The notes beneath the pieces were generated by a model, which ran no database searches, was not told where the DNA came from, and worked only from the letters and a program-made list of their open reading frames with translations. A DNA stretch of 64,000 nt from Sminthopsis crassicaudata (taxonomy: Eukaryota), in assembly GCF_048593235.1 (NCBI RefSeq), contig NC_133620.1, forward strand, positions 464,223,261 to 464,287,260. Direction: 5' to 3'. Positions 44,701 through 59,700 of the stretch are shown here, piece after piece (within the stretch, counting starts at the first letter, position 1; every line of letters starts with the position of its first letter). The position numbers and the translations under genes were made by a program.

Positions 44701-47700
44701 GATCAATCTGACTTTTCACCAACCAACATGTAACTTCTTCCAGCTCCTTTAAGTATAAAGAATTGCTATAAGTCTCTCTAGGAGAAGTCTTTGTGGTTTT
44801 GATTTGTAATTTTGATATCCCTTTATTTCCTACCAGTGAAATAGTATTTCCTTTGATATCTTATGGCAATTTAGTTTTTTGTTAGAATAGCAATAGATGG
44901 TAAACTCTAAAAAAAATTTTAAAAATATTTCAAGAAATGCTTCTCTATACACACACAAAAATAAATCCTTGGAACCAAAAATAAGTTTTAAAAAACATAG
45001 CTGATATATAGTGTCTGATAGTAGATACAGCCTTCTGCCCTACAGCTCCCCCCATTGACTGTTTTAGAAATTCTTTCTAGAGCTGCATACATATTCTCTT
45101 GTCTCCCCATACCTTATATAATTGTTTATTGATTAATAGTAAATTTGCATAGCACTTTTAAGGGTTTCCTCTCCACAATCCTATGAAGTAGGTAGTTTAA
45201 GCATTATTGTTCATTGGAAGAAATTGAGAATTAAGTGACATATCTATGATCAGTAATTTTTTGTTTTTCCAAAAATAGTTTTAAACATTTCATTTTTGCA
45301 AGACTTTGAGTTCCAAATTTTTGTCACTCCCTCTCTAAGACAGCAAGCAATCTGCTATAGATTAAATATATGTAATCCTCTTAAACATATTTCTATATTT
45401 GTCATGTGCAAGAAAAGTGAGAACAAAAGGGAAAAAGCACGAGAAAGAAAACAAACAGAAGGTGAAAATACTAAACTTCTATCTACCTTCAGTCTGCATA
45501 GCTCTTCTTCTGGATGCAAATGACAGCTTGTCTATGATCACATAGCTAAGTAGGTATTGAAGCCTTGATCCTGTCTAGGTCACCTGACTTCTGGTCACTG
45601 GATCTCTTGCCTAGCATGGAAATGAGACCTGTGGGTCATAGTGCTTCTCTCCATCTCTGATCTTTTTTCTAACTAATTTTTAGTTAGTCAGAGTGTCAGA
45701 AGTGGTAGGAAAATAAAAATGTTACAGATTATTCAGAAAAATCAGGGAGTAAATAGAAACTGTTGAACCCCTCATAGTTTTATGTTTTGTTAGTTTGATT
45801 TGCCCATTTTCCTGGATTCTCATGATTATAAGCCTGGTTAATCAAGTGAGTTGTTGACTGGAAGGGAATAGTTACATTCTGGTAGTTTCACAGAGAGGTT
45901 TTTATCCCGTCATTATTAAAGCAGTCACTTGGAAGGTACTGAGGTTGGCAGAAGGTGACTGTAGGGGTACTTTATGTTGCTATAAGTTATAAGTATATTA
46001 GTTACCAGCCATGGATAGCTTGTGATTTGCATATGCTGCATGATTTTAACTTGGCCTTGAGATAGCATAGAAAGAGTTAAAAAGAAAAAAAAACTTCAAC
46101 TAATTTTTTCTTGCTTAGCTTCTAAAAAGTTGTTGCTAAAGTATGTCATTTCTTTGCAGACAGCCAGAAGGATGAGGAGAGAGGGTATTATTGTGAACTG
46201 GCTCTCAGAAGATTCTTTAGCAGCTTTCTGAAGAGAGATTTCATTTCCAGGAGGATTCTGTGGGTCTTTTTCCAGGCATAAAGCTGTCAGTACAAAGTCA
46301 ATGAATTGAATTAACTTCTCCCACTGCAAGTTGCTCATAAATTCATCTCACATTTTTCAAATAATCCCTTTTTCCTCTTTTAGCTAGTTAAGAGATCAAA
46401 GGGGAGGTCTTCTGGTTCGATTCCCCTCAGTTTACTGTTGAGGAATTTAATCCAAGGAGATTAAGGCATTTCCCCCTAAAGTCAGCTGGATTGGGATTGA
46501 TTTTATTTTAGAGAAGCAAACTGAGGTATCCAAGGTCATTTGGCCTCAAGATTGAAACTGTGTTTCCTCTTCCCTCTTCAAATCTCTCATCCTTTCCACC
46601 ATGCTGTTGCTCCTCCTCTCAGGCATAAAGATTGGAGCCTTGTAAGTCTGAGTATTATCTGACTTCTACATCTGGCTCCTGACTGGCTTTTCTCCTTAAA
46701 CAAGAGTTGCTCAGGCTGTTCCTTCTCTCTCCACTTCTCCCTGAGGCTGAGCTTTGGCCTCTAGCCAGAGTTGCCCTCTGGATGTGTTCTGGGAAAGACA
46801 GCCTGGAGCTTTCATTTGGGGTCCTGAGTAACTTCTACTTTGCCTGAGGTTGGTAGATTTTTTTTTTCCCTAGACCAGAACTCTATGTCCCAGGAAACTT
46901 CTACCAATTCAGAGAGACATTAGCTCTGTACCTTGACCCTGCTTAAGGCATTAAAATGAAGTTCCTTGCTCAAGATCACACAGCAAGCATGTGCCAGGCT
47001 TAGGACTTGAACCAGGGTCTTATAAGGCACCTGCTTGAGCCTGTCTGCTCCTCTGTGATGGGTTTAGTAGTTTTAAAAGGGCACCTGTACTCAGAAGGAG
47101 TATTGTGCTTATGGACTGAAGCCTGAGTCATTTAATGGTGATTTTGTGCCCCAGCTCTTTTCTGTACTTATTCAAGACCCTGGAGCCCCTTTAGCTTGGT
47201 ATATTTGGGTCAGGATGCCCTGGACTCTCTGTGATTCTTGTAATTAAGGCAGATATCATTATTTGATGTCATTTTCCTGAACTTGGGCCACCCCAGAGAG
47301 TATGAGGCCCGCCTGGAAAGATACAGTGAACGGATTTGGACGTGTAAGAGCACTGGGAGCAGCCAGCTGACACACAAGGAGGCCTGGGAGGAAGAGCAGG
47401 AAGTGGCTGAACTGTAAGTAGCATTGGGGTTCGGGGTTCAGAGGGGAAGTGGGGCCCAGCACTAATCTCACAAATGCTCTTTGACATTTGAAAGTTGGTA
47501 TCCTTATGGCCCTGAGGCTTGAACTCCCATCTACCCCGCTTTTCCAGGTGTGAAGTAAAGCAGACTCTGCTCCTGCTGCTAAACCTTGTTCTCTATATTT
47601 TCAGTTGTAAGGACTACTCAGGCTTAAATGCAAGCTTAAATGGGTTCGGAAAGCGGCTCTTATAGATAAGCTGTTTTATTCATCAAAATATTGGATCCTG

Positions 47701-50700
47701 GAAACAGTGTTACAGATGATTACTTTTGGGCTATATTGTGTGTCAACAATATTTTAGGGCTTAAAGCCTGGGAACTTAAGCATCATTTGAAACATTTGTT
47801 TCTATAGGAAAATACATGGGAAGATGGGGAAGTAAGAAGTATCCATTACTGGCTTTTGAGGCTGTGTAGGTAGCTCCATTTTATCCCTGCTACAGCCTAA
47901 GTCAATCATGTGTAGGTACAGAGGTGTTCAAAAGTCAGGAATTGAGAACTTAGGAGAGTTCTTGAACTTCATTTTCTTAAAAAAAAATGTCATTTTTAGG
48001 AATGCGAGTTCTATGTAGAGCAGTATAATGTTTTACTTATCCGACTTCAGTTTCCTTATTTGTAAGGTAGGGATGATGATTTGGCATGATAGAGTACTTA
48101 CATACCTCATGACATTTAGGTAAGTGAGATGTAGTGACATCCTTAAGAAAGGAAACAGACTTAGGGAGGGCAGCTTGACACATCTAGAAAGTAACCAGGG
48201 TTTGAACCAGGAGTTCTTGGCAAAGAATTGATATTTGTTCCATGGTTCAGGAAAGTACTTTGGTACAAGACAAATAAAAGGACTCATATTGTTGATATTC
48301 CTTGTAAAGTTAGGAAATGTGGAACATAATCATTAGAATACAAACTGAAGAATGGCTGTAATAATTGTTTAGCTATTTCTTTCTTTTTTTAATGTGTTAC
48401 TTTTACATCACCAGCATTTCCTGGCATTTTCTTCCTCATCCTCATCTCAGAGTTATCCCTTATAACAGAAGAAGAGAAAAAGTTCAGTAGAATTGATCAA
48501 TAAATTGATAATATTCAATAGTGGGATTTTGGGTGGTAGTATTTTCACATCCATATTTCACCAAATTCTGCAAAGAAGGGAGGAACCGGGACCTTCCTTA
48601 AATAGTTTTTGGGACAGACCTTGCTCATTATTGTTGAACAGCATTCAATTTTGATATTGGTTTGATGCATCTGTTGTTCCTTGGAGACATGGCTTCTGTT
48701 TTCCTGGCTCTGCTTACTTCCCTTTATCCTAGTTCATATCAGTTTACTTGTGCTTCTTGACATTTATTGTATAAAATAGCACTCATTATTTTCCTTTGTC
48801 TTGGAGGAAACTGCTCCTACAGGTGTGGATGAGCACCTGCTCTGCAGCTTCATCTTAGCTTCCAATGGCAGGGGCTGAAAGTTGCTGAACTTTGCCTGTG
48901 GCTGTATGGGTGGGTCCATCCCAGGCTTGAATTGGTCTCATTGACTGTTCCACCACTCGGAAAATTATCACCAGAAGACCAAGAAAAGAAAAGGGGGTGG
49001 GGGAGCTTAGGTTTTCCTCTTCAAAAGACTTAGGTAAGATAGTCCCTCAGGCCCTTTCCATCTCTAAAATTGTGATTGCCTTTTAAAAGAAGATATTTGG
49101 AAATTTTTTTTTTTTTTGAGTCTGGGGTTAAGTGACTTGCCCAGGGTCACACAGCTAGGAAGTGTTAAGTGTCTGAGAACCAGATTTGAACTCAGGTCCT
49201 CCTGAATTCAGGGCTGGTGCTCTATCCACTGCGCCACCTAGCTGCCCCTGATACTTGGAATTTGAAGGTAGAATTAAAAGGTAAAGAAGCTTCTTAGAGT
49301 GAAGGAATCTTGAACCCCACCCTGGGATGGAAGAGAAATTGTTCCTTCTACTTCTTTTTTTTGGTCAGTGAATAGAATTTCATTTTCCTGGATTGGAACA
49401 CTTGTCTGGGGTTTCGGAAGGGCTCCTTCAGTTATTGTGTTCTTGACTTGGTGTCATTGCAGATAATGTAGCTTCCTGCATTAATTCCTGATCTTAACAA
49501 AGTCTCCTGAACCTTAGTTTCTTCATTTTTGAAGTGGGAGACAAAAACAATTGTTGAATCAAATAAAATAATGGTTTTGTGTATGGTGTATATCATCCGT
49601 AGGAAAAAAACATTTCTCTCAGTCTTTTGGTGGTCTTTGCTGAACAAAAGGTGCCCTAATATTAGGGTGAGCTGGAGGGAGATCTTTCAGCAACTACATT
49701 TTTTTTTTTTTTTTGTTTTTTCCCCCCAAGAGGATTATAGATTATCAGAGTAAAGCAAATGACTTAAGTTTATGTAGCTCAGTGGTACTAAGTGGTAGAT
49801 AGATGATTCAAACCCAGTGCTTCTACCTCCAAATGCAGTCATCTTCCTCCTGTGTCACCAACAGAGCCACCCACAAAGCCAAATGCTTCCGAGTTTGTTC
49901 TGGTTTCCGTGCCAGAAAGCAGCTGATGGTTTCTAAATTATTGGGCTGTCTTTTTGACTGTTGGTAAGAAGTATTGATCGTTTTCTTATGAGATTATTAC
50001 TATCTGAATAATTGGAATGAGGCTGGTTAAAGTTTTTGTTAAAAAACAGATCTTTAACTTGAGGGGTAAAACTGAGCCACATTGAAAACTGCCAATGATA
50101 TTTTTATGGACAATATATACTATGTTCATCTCTTGGACCTTGAGTGGCATATACCTTTATCGGTAGTTTATAATTCAGGAATGAAAACCAGCTTTGAGTA
50201 GTTTGGATTTTCCTCCCAAAGTAATGGGTAGAGCGTTTCTTCTTATATCTTCATTTGAATTCTTTGATCTTTATAATTTTGTTATATTTACCTTTTGTGT
50301 GTATGTGGGGGGGGTTTCTTTCTTTTACATTGTATAGCTCTTTTCATACTTCATTATCACAGGAATTATTTCTTATAGCGTAGTAATTTTCTATTACATT
50401 CACATCCTACAAATTGTTTATTTGTTTTTCAATTGATGAGCATCTACTTTGTTTCCAAGTCTTTGCCAGTATAAAGTTTTTGATGTATGTTGGGCTTTTC
50501 TTTGACTTCTCTTGTGGTCTGAGAAGAGCAGTCTTAATATGAACATTTTAATCATTTACTTAACATATGTAACTCCAAATCTAATAGGATGGTTGGACCA
50601 ATTAAAAACCTCAGCGGTATTGGTATATCCTTTCCATAGTCCCTCTTCCATTGCTAGATGTGATGTAATTCAGTTTTGATGGCATTAGTCATTTGAAGCA

Positions 50701-53700
50701 ATTATTAATAGTTTTCCTTCTTTTGAGAAATGTGTCCCTTGATCACTTATTAGGGAGTGTCTTTTTTTGATCTTGTCTGATTTAGTTTGTTATCCCTTAG
50801 AAATATTTGCAAAAATATTCTCAACTGCTTCCATTGTTTTTGTATTTTTTTTCATGCGAAAGGTTTTTGATTTCATATGAACATTGATTTTAATATTTTT
50901 GTAATTTTTTTTTCAGTGAAAGGCTGTCTCCCCCCTTTCCTCTACCTCCCCCCATACTTTCCTTTCCCTGAAAAATACCTGATCCAGATGTGTCAAGATC
51001 TTTTTTTGTTCAGGTTATATGTATATTTTGAGTTTATTGCTACATATCCTGCAATTTGTTGGTCTGATTAAACCTGATTCTAACAGTTTTCCCAGCAATT
51101 CTTGTCAAATAAAAAAAAATTCTGATTATTTGAATGTATCGTAATTATGGTATTCTACTCTCTAATATATTGGGGTTTGAGGTCAAATTTGCGGACTTGT
51201 GCTTTGTTACTTGCTAGCTAACCATACTCTTAAATCTTATAGAGACAAATGAATCCAGTTGGATCTTACTATTTGATGTATTCTTTCTTTTGCTTCCTAA
51301 TTTGGTGAAATATATACACACTTCCACTATTCTTTTTAGTTTTAAAGGCCCCTTGATTAGATTTGCCAGACTAAGCAGACACAATCTTTCCATCTCATGT
51401 CATTATTTACTGCTTCCATGGATAGAAAACTGTCTTGAATTTTATTCTAGAGCTTCCAAATTCAAATCTTTTTCTTAGATATCTTCTTTTTAACTAGTAA
51501 TTCACTTCCAAAATGTTTTATCTATACAATTATATGTTCATTTTCTTGCTCCATATTTCAAAACCTTTATTAATACTCTCTAAATTTCTTCTGACAATGT
51601 CTTCTGTGTTAGTTATTATTATTATTATTATTTTTTGATCATTTGGGGACCTCTCCTACTATGAGAACAACACATCACTTTTTCAATGTGACTGTGTGAA
51701 ATTACCAGTCCCCATTGCACAATTCTTCTGACCCTCTGTGGATCATCTTTGATCCGAGAGACCCCAAGAATTGACATAATTTTTCCTCTTCAAAAAGAAT
51801 CTCATTTTTTTCTTAGTTCTAACAGTCCTTCCCATGTCATCATGGTCAAGATTCTCCTGCCTCTTTTGATGTTTGTTTTTACATCCAAGCCTCCTTAAGT
51901 CTCAGCTTCTGTTTGTGATGTCTTTTGTTTTTGCATTCTCTGAATGAACTACTTAGAACTCAGGCAAAGAAAAAACTGCTCACTAGTACATCAGAAGTGT
52001 TAGATGTCAAGTATGAAGTTTTTTTTTTGGGGGGGTGTTTTAAGAACAACTTCATCTTAATATCAGGGTGCAAAGAGCTGTTTCTTAAGCTTGTTTTACT
52101 TTTCTAATCAAACATTTCTCAAGAAGCACCTACTGTGTGTCAGATACTTACTGTTCAAGCCTAAAAGGATACTGGTCCTTGCATCTTCATCTTTAGTTGC
52201 TGAAAGTGTGATCCTCGTTAGTTCTCATTCTCTGGGTGTTCTCTCTGCTAGCTATTGTTGCAAGCAGCTTTGGGGGGATTTTTTACTTTCTGTGCTGTCA
52301 TTGTCTTTATTTGCTGTTAGTAAGTCATCCCCACCTCCTTCACCCACCATCTTTATCTTGGCAAAGATATTCTCTTTTATTAATTATCCTTCTTGATTCT
52401 TGGTCTTGAGCTTCTCCCTCCAAGACTATATTCTGATTTCTTCTTCAGCTCAAATCCTTCTCTTCTTCCTTCAGAAACTTCCAACCTTCCAAAGCCTGGG
52501 AAGTTGAATCACATCTGGTAGTATCAGAATCCTTTGGGTAGTTCTGGATAGCTTGAAGATAAATCTTTAAATGCCAAAAATTCTAAATTTTAGCTATTGT
52601 TACTTATTATTTTAGAAAATTTTCTATTTTTCTATATAGTATGATTCGTGTTCTTTTCTCTTTTGTAAGTAGCTGTTATTGCATATGAAATGTTGCATAA
52701 ACTTTAAAGAAACCATAAGTTAGATATTTATTTTTACTCTGAATTTAATTTTATGTTTTTTGATGACTCAAGTTCCCAATTTTTGACATTTGTTATTTGT
52801 TTTAAAGCTTCTTTTTGGCTGAGCTTATAGACTTGGATAGGAATATTGGGCTGGTCAGCCTTAGATCTCTCTACACATTCCAGCCTGAAAACTAACTTTG
52901 GACCCTAGGGAAGAGAGCAGCCCATTTGCAGGTTAGGAATGAGAGCATGGATCCTAAGTTTTCCCAGACTCCGGTAATAAAACTTGAATGCTATAGGATT
53001 CAGTGTCCCACAAAAGGACATTTTTGGTTTGGCTGACTGTTGTTGAACCATCTACCCAGTGGTCTTCAGATTGCTTTTGGAATACTTGTGTGTATCGTTA
53101 ATTTTTGTAAAACCCTTTCTGTAATTTTTGATGTTCTGTCTTCTAACTTGTCCTTTATAACAATTTTGCAAAATGACTTACTAAGAATTTCATAGCTATT
53201 AAGCATTGGACTGTACACATTTCACACGGCTGTGATAGAAAGTGACTTTGGATTGTTAATTTCTAAGTAGCAAAGGATACTTCTGACTGGGGTAATTTAG
53301 GCCACAGGTCTAACTTGAGTGCTAGCCAATAGCATTACTTTGACCAAATGGCTGAAGTTGCCAGTCGTTTTAAATTTTCATTCTTCTAACTAATAATGAC
53401 ATCTTTGCTTAGCTTGAAGGAGGAGTTCCCTGCCTGGTATGAGAAGCTTGTGCTGGAAATGGTCCACCACAACACAATCTCCTTAGAGAAGTTGGTCGAT
53501 TCTGCATGGCTTGAGATCATGACCAAGTATGCTGTGGGTGAGGAGTGTGACTTTGAGGTGAGTATCTGCTTGGGTCTGAAGCTGCTGAAGTTACTCCTGT
53601 GGTGTCCAGGTAGGGGGTGTGCAGTGGGCTCAGCTTACCTCTGAAGTATGGGAAAAAGCTTCTAGGGGCTTAAACAAAAGGTATTGCCCTCCAGGATATA

Positions 53701-56700
53701 GTTCCATTTCTGTTGTGAAAACACCTAAGATATTCAGGTGCTATGACTTAATTCAGTAACAAGCTGTGTCTATCTTATTTACTAGACCCTTTTCTTTTTT
53801 TGTTTTGGTTTTCTTTTCATAGGTTGGGAAGGAAAAAATGCTGAAAGTAAAGATTGTGAAAATTCATCCTTTGGAGAAGGTAGATGAGGAGACCACTGAG
53901 AAGAAATCTGATGGTGCCTGTGATTCTCCATCAAGTGACAAAGAGAACTCTGGTCAGGTGGCCCAGGATCATCAGAAGAAGGATCCCATCATAAAAGAGG
54001 ATGAAGGCAGGAAAGATAGTATTAGTATGTATGGTGTTAGTTTTAATCAAGGGTTTGTAATCAAAATCCAGTTCATTTTGTGCTATTCAGAAATGTTTGT
54101 CATTTAACCTCCGGGATGAGTTTATAGAACAAGAAGCAGACACTTAAATCTTCCTAGGGCAATTGAACAAGGCGGCAGCCCTGAAGTCCATTTGTTGTGT
54201 ATTTCCTGTGTTTTTGTGAATGTATGAGTACCTCAATTGCTAAGGAAGCCCTAAAGAAAAGAATGAGACTCAACTAAAGAAAAATGTAACTAAATGGCAG
54301 AAGTTTTTTTTAATTTCTTAATTTAAAATTTTAATTTAATTATTAATTTATTAATTATTTTTATTAAATTTATTAATTTTAAATTTTTAAAGTTTTTAAT
54401 TTGTTTTTAGTTATATACAAAGAAGACTTTAAAAAAAAAATGTTGTTAAAAAATTCTCTTCCTCCTGCCCCCTTTCCTTCCTTGAGAAGGCAAGCAGTGT
54501 ATTATTTATATATGTAAAGTCATGCAAATTTTCCATATTTTCATATTAGCCTTGGGCAAAAAAAGAAAATTCACATATAAAACAAAGTTTTTTAAAAACA
54601 TGCCTCAATTTGCAGTTAGACATTTATTAATTCTTTATCTGGAGGTGTTGACATTCACTAGAGTAGCTAAATCAATCACAATTGATCATATATTTCTGCC
54701 TCCCGATACAGTGATCTTCTGCTCACTTTACATTAGTTCATGTGAGTCTTCCCCAGTTTTTCTGAAATGATCCTGCTCATCATTTCTTAGAGAACAATAG
54801 AGCCATCATATGCATATACCATAATTGGTTCAGCTGTTCCCTTAATTGATAGGCATTCCCTCAATTTCCAATTCTTTGCATCACAAAAAGAGCTGCTGTA
54901 AACAAATGGGTCTTTTTCACTTTTTTTTGTGACTCTTTGGCATATAAAGTTTTCGTGAATTGATAAAAACTTGGCCTGGTGGTATATGGTTTAATAAAAT
55001 CTGTCTTTGGTTTTGATTTGAAACCTAGGAGACTGCAATTAGTGTCCAAGATAGGAGTTAGCAGGGAATTCCCATTTGTGACTTTAATTCAGCTTTTCCT
55101 CTTTTTGAGCAAGGTACAAACTAAATTGGGCTTCCCTTTTCCCACCAGCATTTCCCAGTCCAGCTAAGTGGTTGTTAATCAAAATTGTCGAGGCAAACTA
55201 TTCTTCTTCTCCTCTTCCCACTAAAAGAACACAAATTTGTTAATTTTTATGAGCATTTTTATTCAAGTGTAATATTTAACACTACTTTTAACTTTTCTAC
55301 TTCTGGAAAAGTTTTTTTTTTTTTTTTTTTAATTTTTTTTCTTTTTGGCTAGGCAGTTGAGATTAAATGTTAGTAAGTAAGTGTCTGAGGTTAAATTTGA
55401 ACTCATGTCCTCCTGACTTCAAGACTAGTGCTCTATTCACTGTGCTGTCTAGCTGTCCCTGAAAAAGTATTTTTACAAATAAGTTTGGAAGCTAGAAGTA
55501 GCATATGCTTGAAAGAGTGACATCATAAAGTATACTTCATCTATTAACCTATTAAATTCTTGAATAATATATTCATCATGGCATAAACTCATGATCTTTT
55601 TTGTCCCTTTTATTTTTTTATTTTATTTTAAAATCTTTTTTAATTGAGGCTTTGTTCTTTTTTAATTGAAAAAGAAAATAAAAACAAATAATAAATGATA
55701 TTTATATATAATATTATATAATGTAAAATATATCCTATATGATATAAAATTATATATAATAAATTGATAAACAATAAATAATAAAATAAAATTAATAAGT
55801 AAATGACTTGAATAGTTATCAGCCATCCCCACTGTTCTGTTTTGATCCCTTTTATGTAGGATCTTTCAGAATATTAAAAATGCTATAATATCCTAAAGTT
55901 TAGGAAATTAGGACTCAGTTTTTTTGGGGGATATTCTTTCCAACTTTTTCTAATATAGACTAATTTGGGGGGACCAGTTCATTTAAACATTAACAACTTA
56001 GCCCTTAGATTCTTTTTTTTTTTTTTTTTTTTTTGAGGCTGGGGTTAAGTGACTTGCCCAGGGTCACACAGCTAGGAAGTATTGAATGTCTGAGACCAGA
56101 TTTGAACTCGGGTCCTCCTGAATTCAAGGCTGGTGCTCTATCCAATGTGCCACCTAGCTGCCCCTAGCCCTTAGATTCTAATGTTTCTTCTTACAAAATT
56201 AAATAACTTAGTTCTGTCTTAAAAATTAGAATTATCATGCGACAATAACATGCCGATATATGTGCTTTGTATAAGGATATTATAGTAATGGTAATTATTA
56301 CATGATATTTTACATGGCTTTGGCAAATTTTAAATTTAAGCATTCTTTGGAAGTATTTTTATCATATGAATAGGAGTCAGGTAATAAATACTTGAATTCT
56401 TCAGGGGGAAAGAGTTGTATTCTAGACTAGTAGCCTAGGATCAATAGGACAGTGTGATTTTCAGACCTGAGATTTATTTTTCTATTATTTTTTCCTTAAC
56501 TTTTTTTTTATCCAGGTGACAGGGCACGCAGGTCTCCTAGAAAACTCCCCACCTCACTGAAGAAAGGGGAAAAGAAATGGGCTCCTCCAAAATTTCTGCC
56601 TCACAAATATGATGTGAAACTTCAAAATGAAGAGAAGGTATGTTGATTCTTCACCTTCCTTCTCAGAAGTATCAGGGAAAATTGAAAGAGTTGAAAATTG

Positions 56701-59700
56701 AAAGGAGTTCTGTTATTTAATGTAGGAATGATTAACACAGTCCTAATTTAACTACATCAGAGGTTTGAGAAAGTTATAGTAATAAATGGGAGGACAGGGG
56801 GTAAAGTTGCCCAACCACAAGGTAGGGAGGCTGGCAGCTGCAGGAAACTGGAGTTTCTGCTTCATTTCAGGGTATTATTTCTTTACAAAGGGATTGACTA
56901 TAAGTAGAAATTAATAATATTCCTCTGTAACAAAATTATTGTCATCAGTATCTTTTTTAAATTTTACATATTTAACTTATTACTTTTTAAAGTATATTTT
57001 TATTGAATCTTTTTTTTTTACTTTGCCTGAATTTACCAGTGTATTCTTTCTGATGTCAGTGAACCTTCCTTTTAGAAAGAGAAATAATGATTTAGTAAAA
57101 TTTAATTACATTGAAAAAGTTCGCCTCAATGTACTTAGGAAATTAGCAAAAAAAACAAAAAACAAAAACCAAAATAACTAATTGAAATAGTTAATAGTTT
57201 CAGTAATATGTAGCAGGTTATAAAGTAAATGACATTTTTGTATGGCAACACAAAATCTAGGAGGAAATAAAAAGACAAAAGACCTATTTATAATTATCAA
57301 ATGCATACATGTATCCAAAATATTCAGTAGTTCTATAATTTAAAAATGCTTTTTCAAGAAATAAGATAACTGTGAAAGATATTCATATTCATGCCTGTTC
57401 ATGACAATACTACCATAATTAACATAGAAATTTAGTGCTATATGAGCATAAATGCTAGAAAGAAATGTTATTTACCTAGCAACAAACACACACAAAAAAT
57501 CCTCAAAACAAAAATTACTCCAGTTCTAGTTCCTTGCTACTACAAACATTTTCGCACATGTGGGTCTTTTTTCCTTTTTTATGATTTATTTTATGATTTA
57601 TGATGTATCTGTATTCCATTAGAGACACTGCTGAGTCAAAGGGTATGTGTAGTCAAATTGTCTTTTAGAATGGTTTAATCAGTTCATGGCTCCACCAACA
57701 ATATATCAAACTATTTGGTAGTACTGGTTTTGGAAATTCATCAGTAGATCATTACAACGGATTAGATTCACTTTACAGAATGATCTCAGGAAGAGTTCAG
57801 TTTTTGATAGAACTGTCTAAGAAAGCTCGAAAGCACAAAATTAGATCTAGATGAACAGTTTCTACCATATAACCACATTTAACCCAGTGGTTATTCAACT
57901 GGGATACTGAAGGTCACACCATTAAGAAAGAAAAACCAAGCAAACAAATACCAACACCAAAAAAGCAAGGAAGCAAATAACAACAAAAGAGATGGAAAAG
58001 ACTATCTTGATCCACACTCAGTCTCCATAGTTCTCTCTAGATGCAGAAGCCTTTCTCTGTCCCAAGTCTGTTGGAATTGGCCTGAATCTCACCCCATTGT
58101 TGAAAAGAGCCACGTCCATCAGAATATTGATCATCTTGTAATCTTGTTTTGCTGGGTACAATGATCTTCTGGTTCTACTGACTTCACTTACCATAAGTTG
58201 ATGCAAATCTCTCCCACACCTCTCTGAAATCATCCTGCTCATTGTTTTCTATAGAACAATCATTCCAAAACATTGATATACCATGACTTATTCAGCCATT
58301 TAAATTAGCCACTTTCTTGGCTGGTGATGAATGTATAACAAAGAGATAAAAATTATGAAAGATAAACTGGGCATTTTAGCTGTAAGAAATTTTGAAATCT
58401 ACACAAACAAAAATCGTGCAACTAATTTAAGAAGGGAAGGGATTAACTCTGGAAAGGAAGCCCTTTATGTCAATACATCTGAAGATATATTAGCACATGA
58501 TATGTAAAAGTAAAAACCTTACTAGATAGATGGTCAAAGGATATGAATGAACAGTTCTCAGAAAGTTTCTCAGCTACTAAAAACTGCAAATCAAACTTAT
58601 TCTCATGTTCATATATCAAATTGTCAAAGATAACAAGATACAACTGGTCATATTGTAAAAAGACTAACACAGAGTTGGTTGGATTGTGAATTGGAGTGAT
58701 GATTCCACAATGCAGTTTGTAAATTAGAAAAAGAAGCTAAAATTCTATTGTTAGGCACTCCTTATTCTAGGAGTGAATAGCAAGTGCCCCAGGGACACCA
58801 ATCACTGATTATTAAGCATTTACTATGTTTTAAATACTTAGGATATGTATAAAGAATAAAACTATCTACTAGTATTTGAGTGGGATCAGAACTGGATAGT
58901 GATAAAAGCCCATCCATTGGTGATGGAATATTATGCTGTAAGAAATGTTGGCCATAATGGATTCAAATAAGGATAAGAAGATGAAATTGTTGTAAAGTGA
59001 AGTAAGCAGAACCAGAAGAAAAAATGTATATGTATATTATGTGTATGTGCATGTGACATGACATATACACATACATAATCACCCAATTATTTTTTGTATT
59101 AACAGGAAAGACATTGTTCTTTTTTTCTTTTTGGGGGGAGTGAGGGTGGAGGAGGCAATCAGGGTTAAAGTGACTTCCTCAGAGTCACAATTATTAAGTG
59201 TCTGAGGTCAGATTTAAATTCAGGTCTTGACTCCAGGGCCAATGCTCTACTACAATCTACTACCTCATCTCATTGTTTGGCTCCACAAATATTTTTCCAT
59301 CCAACAAATACTGGCTCTCTCTATTGAACTTTAATACTAAAGGATTATCTTTGGAAATCCTAGGGGGAAAAAAATCCTTAATTAAAATGGAACAAATCAA
59401 AATAGATGATAACTTGTAAGAGGTCCAAGATCTCAATTCCAACATTGCTGAGTCTTTTATTGAACAGCTGATCTAAAATAGCCATTTATGGATTGTTCAT
59501 ATAGTCCCCTCTTTCTGAAAGGCTATAATAAATGTTAGAGCTAAAAGGAACCTTTTGTCCAATCCTGCTTTTAGGTTGGTAAGATTTTTCTTTTAAGAGG
59601 TCCCACCTTTGAAAACTTATCTTTGGTCCATGTTGCATCAGGATAACTGTTGTCCTAAAATACTTAAGAGGAAGAAGTGTAACTTAAATAAGCATAGCCT

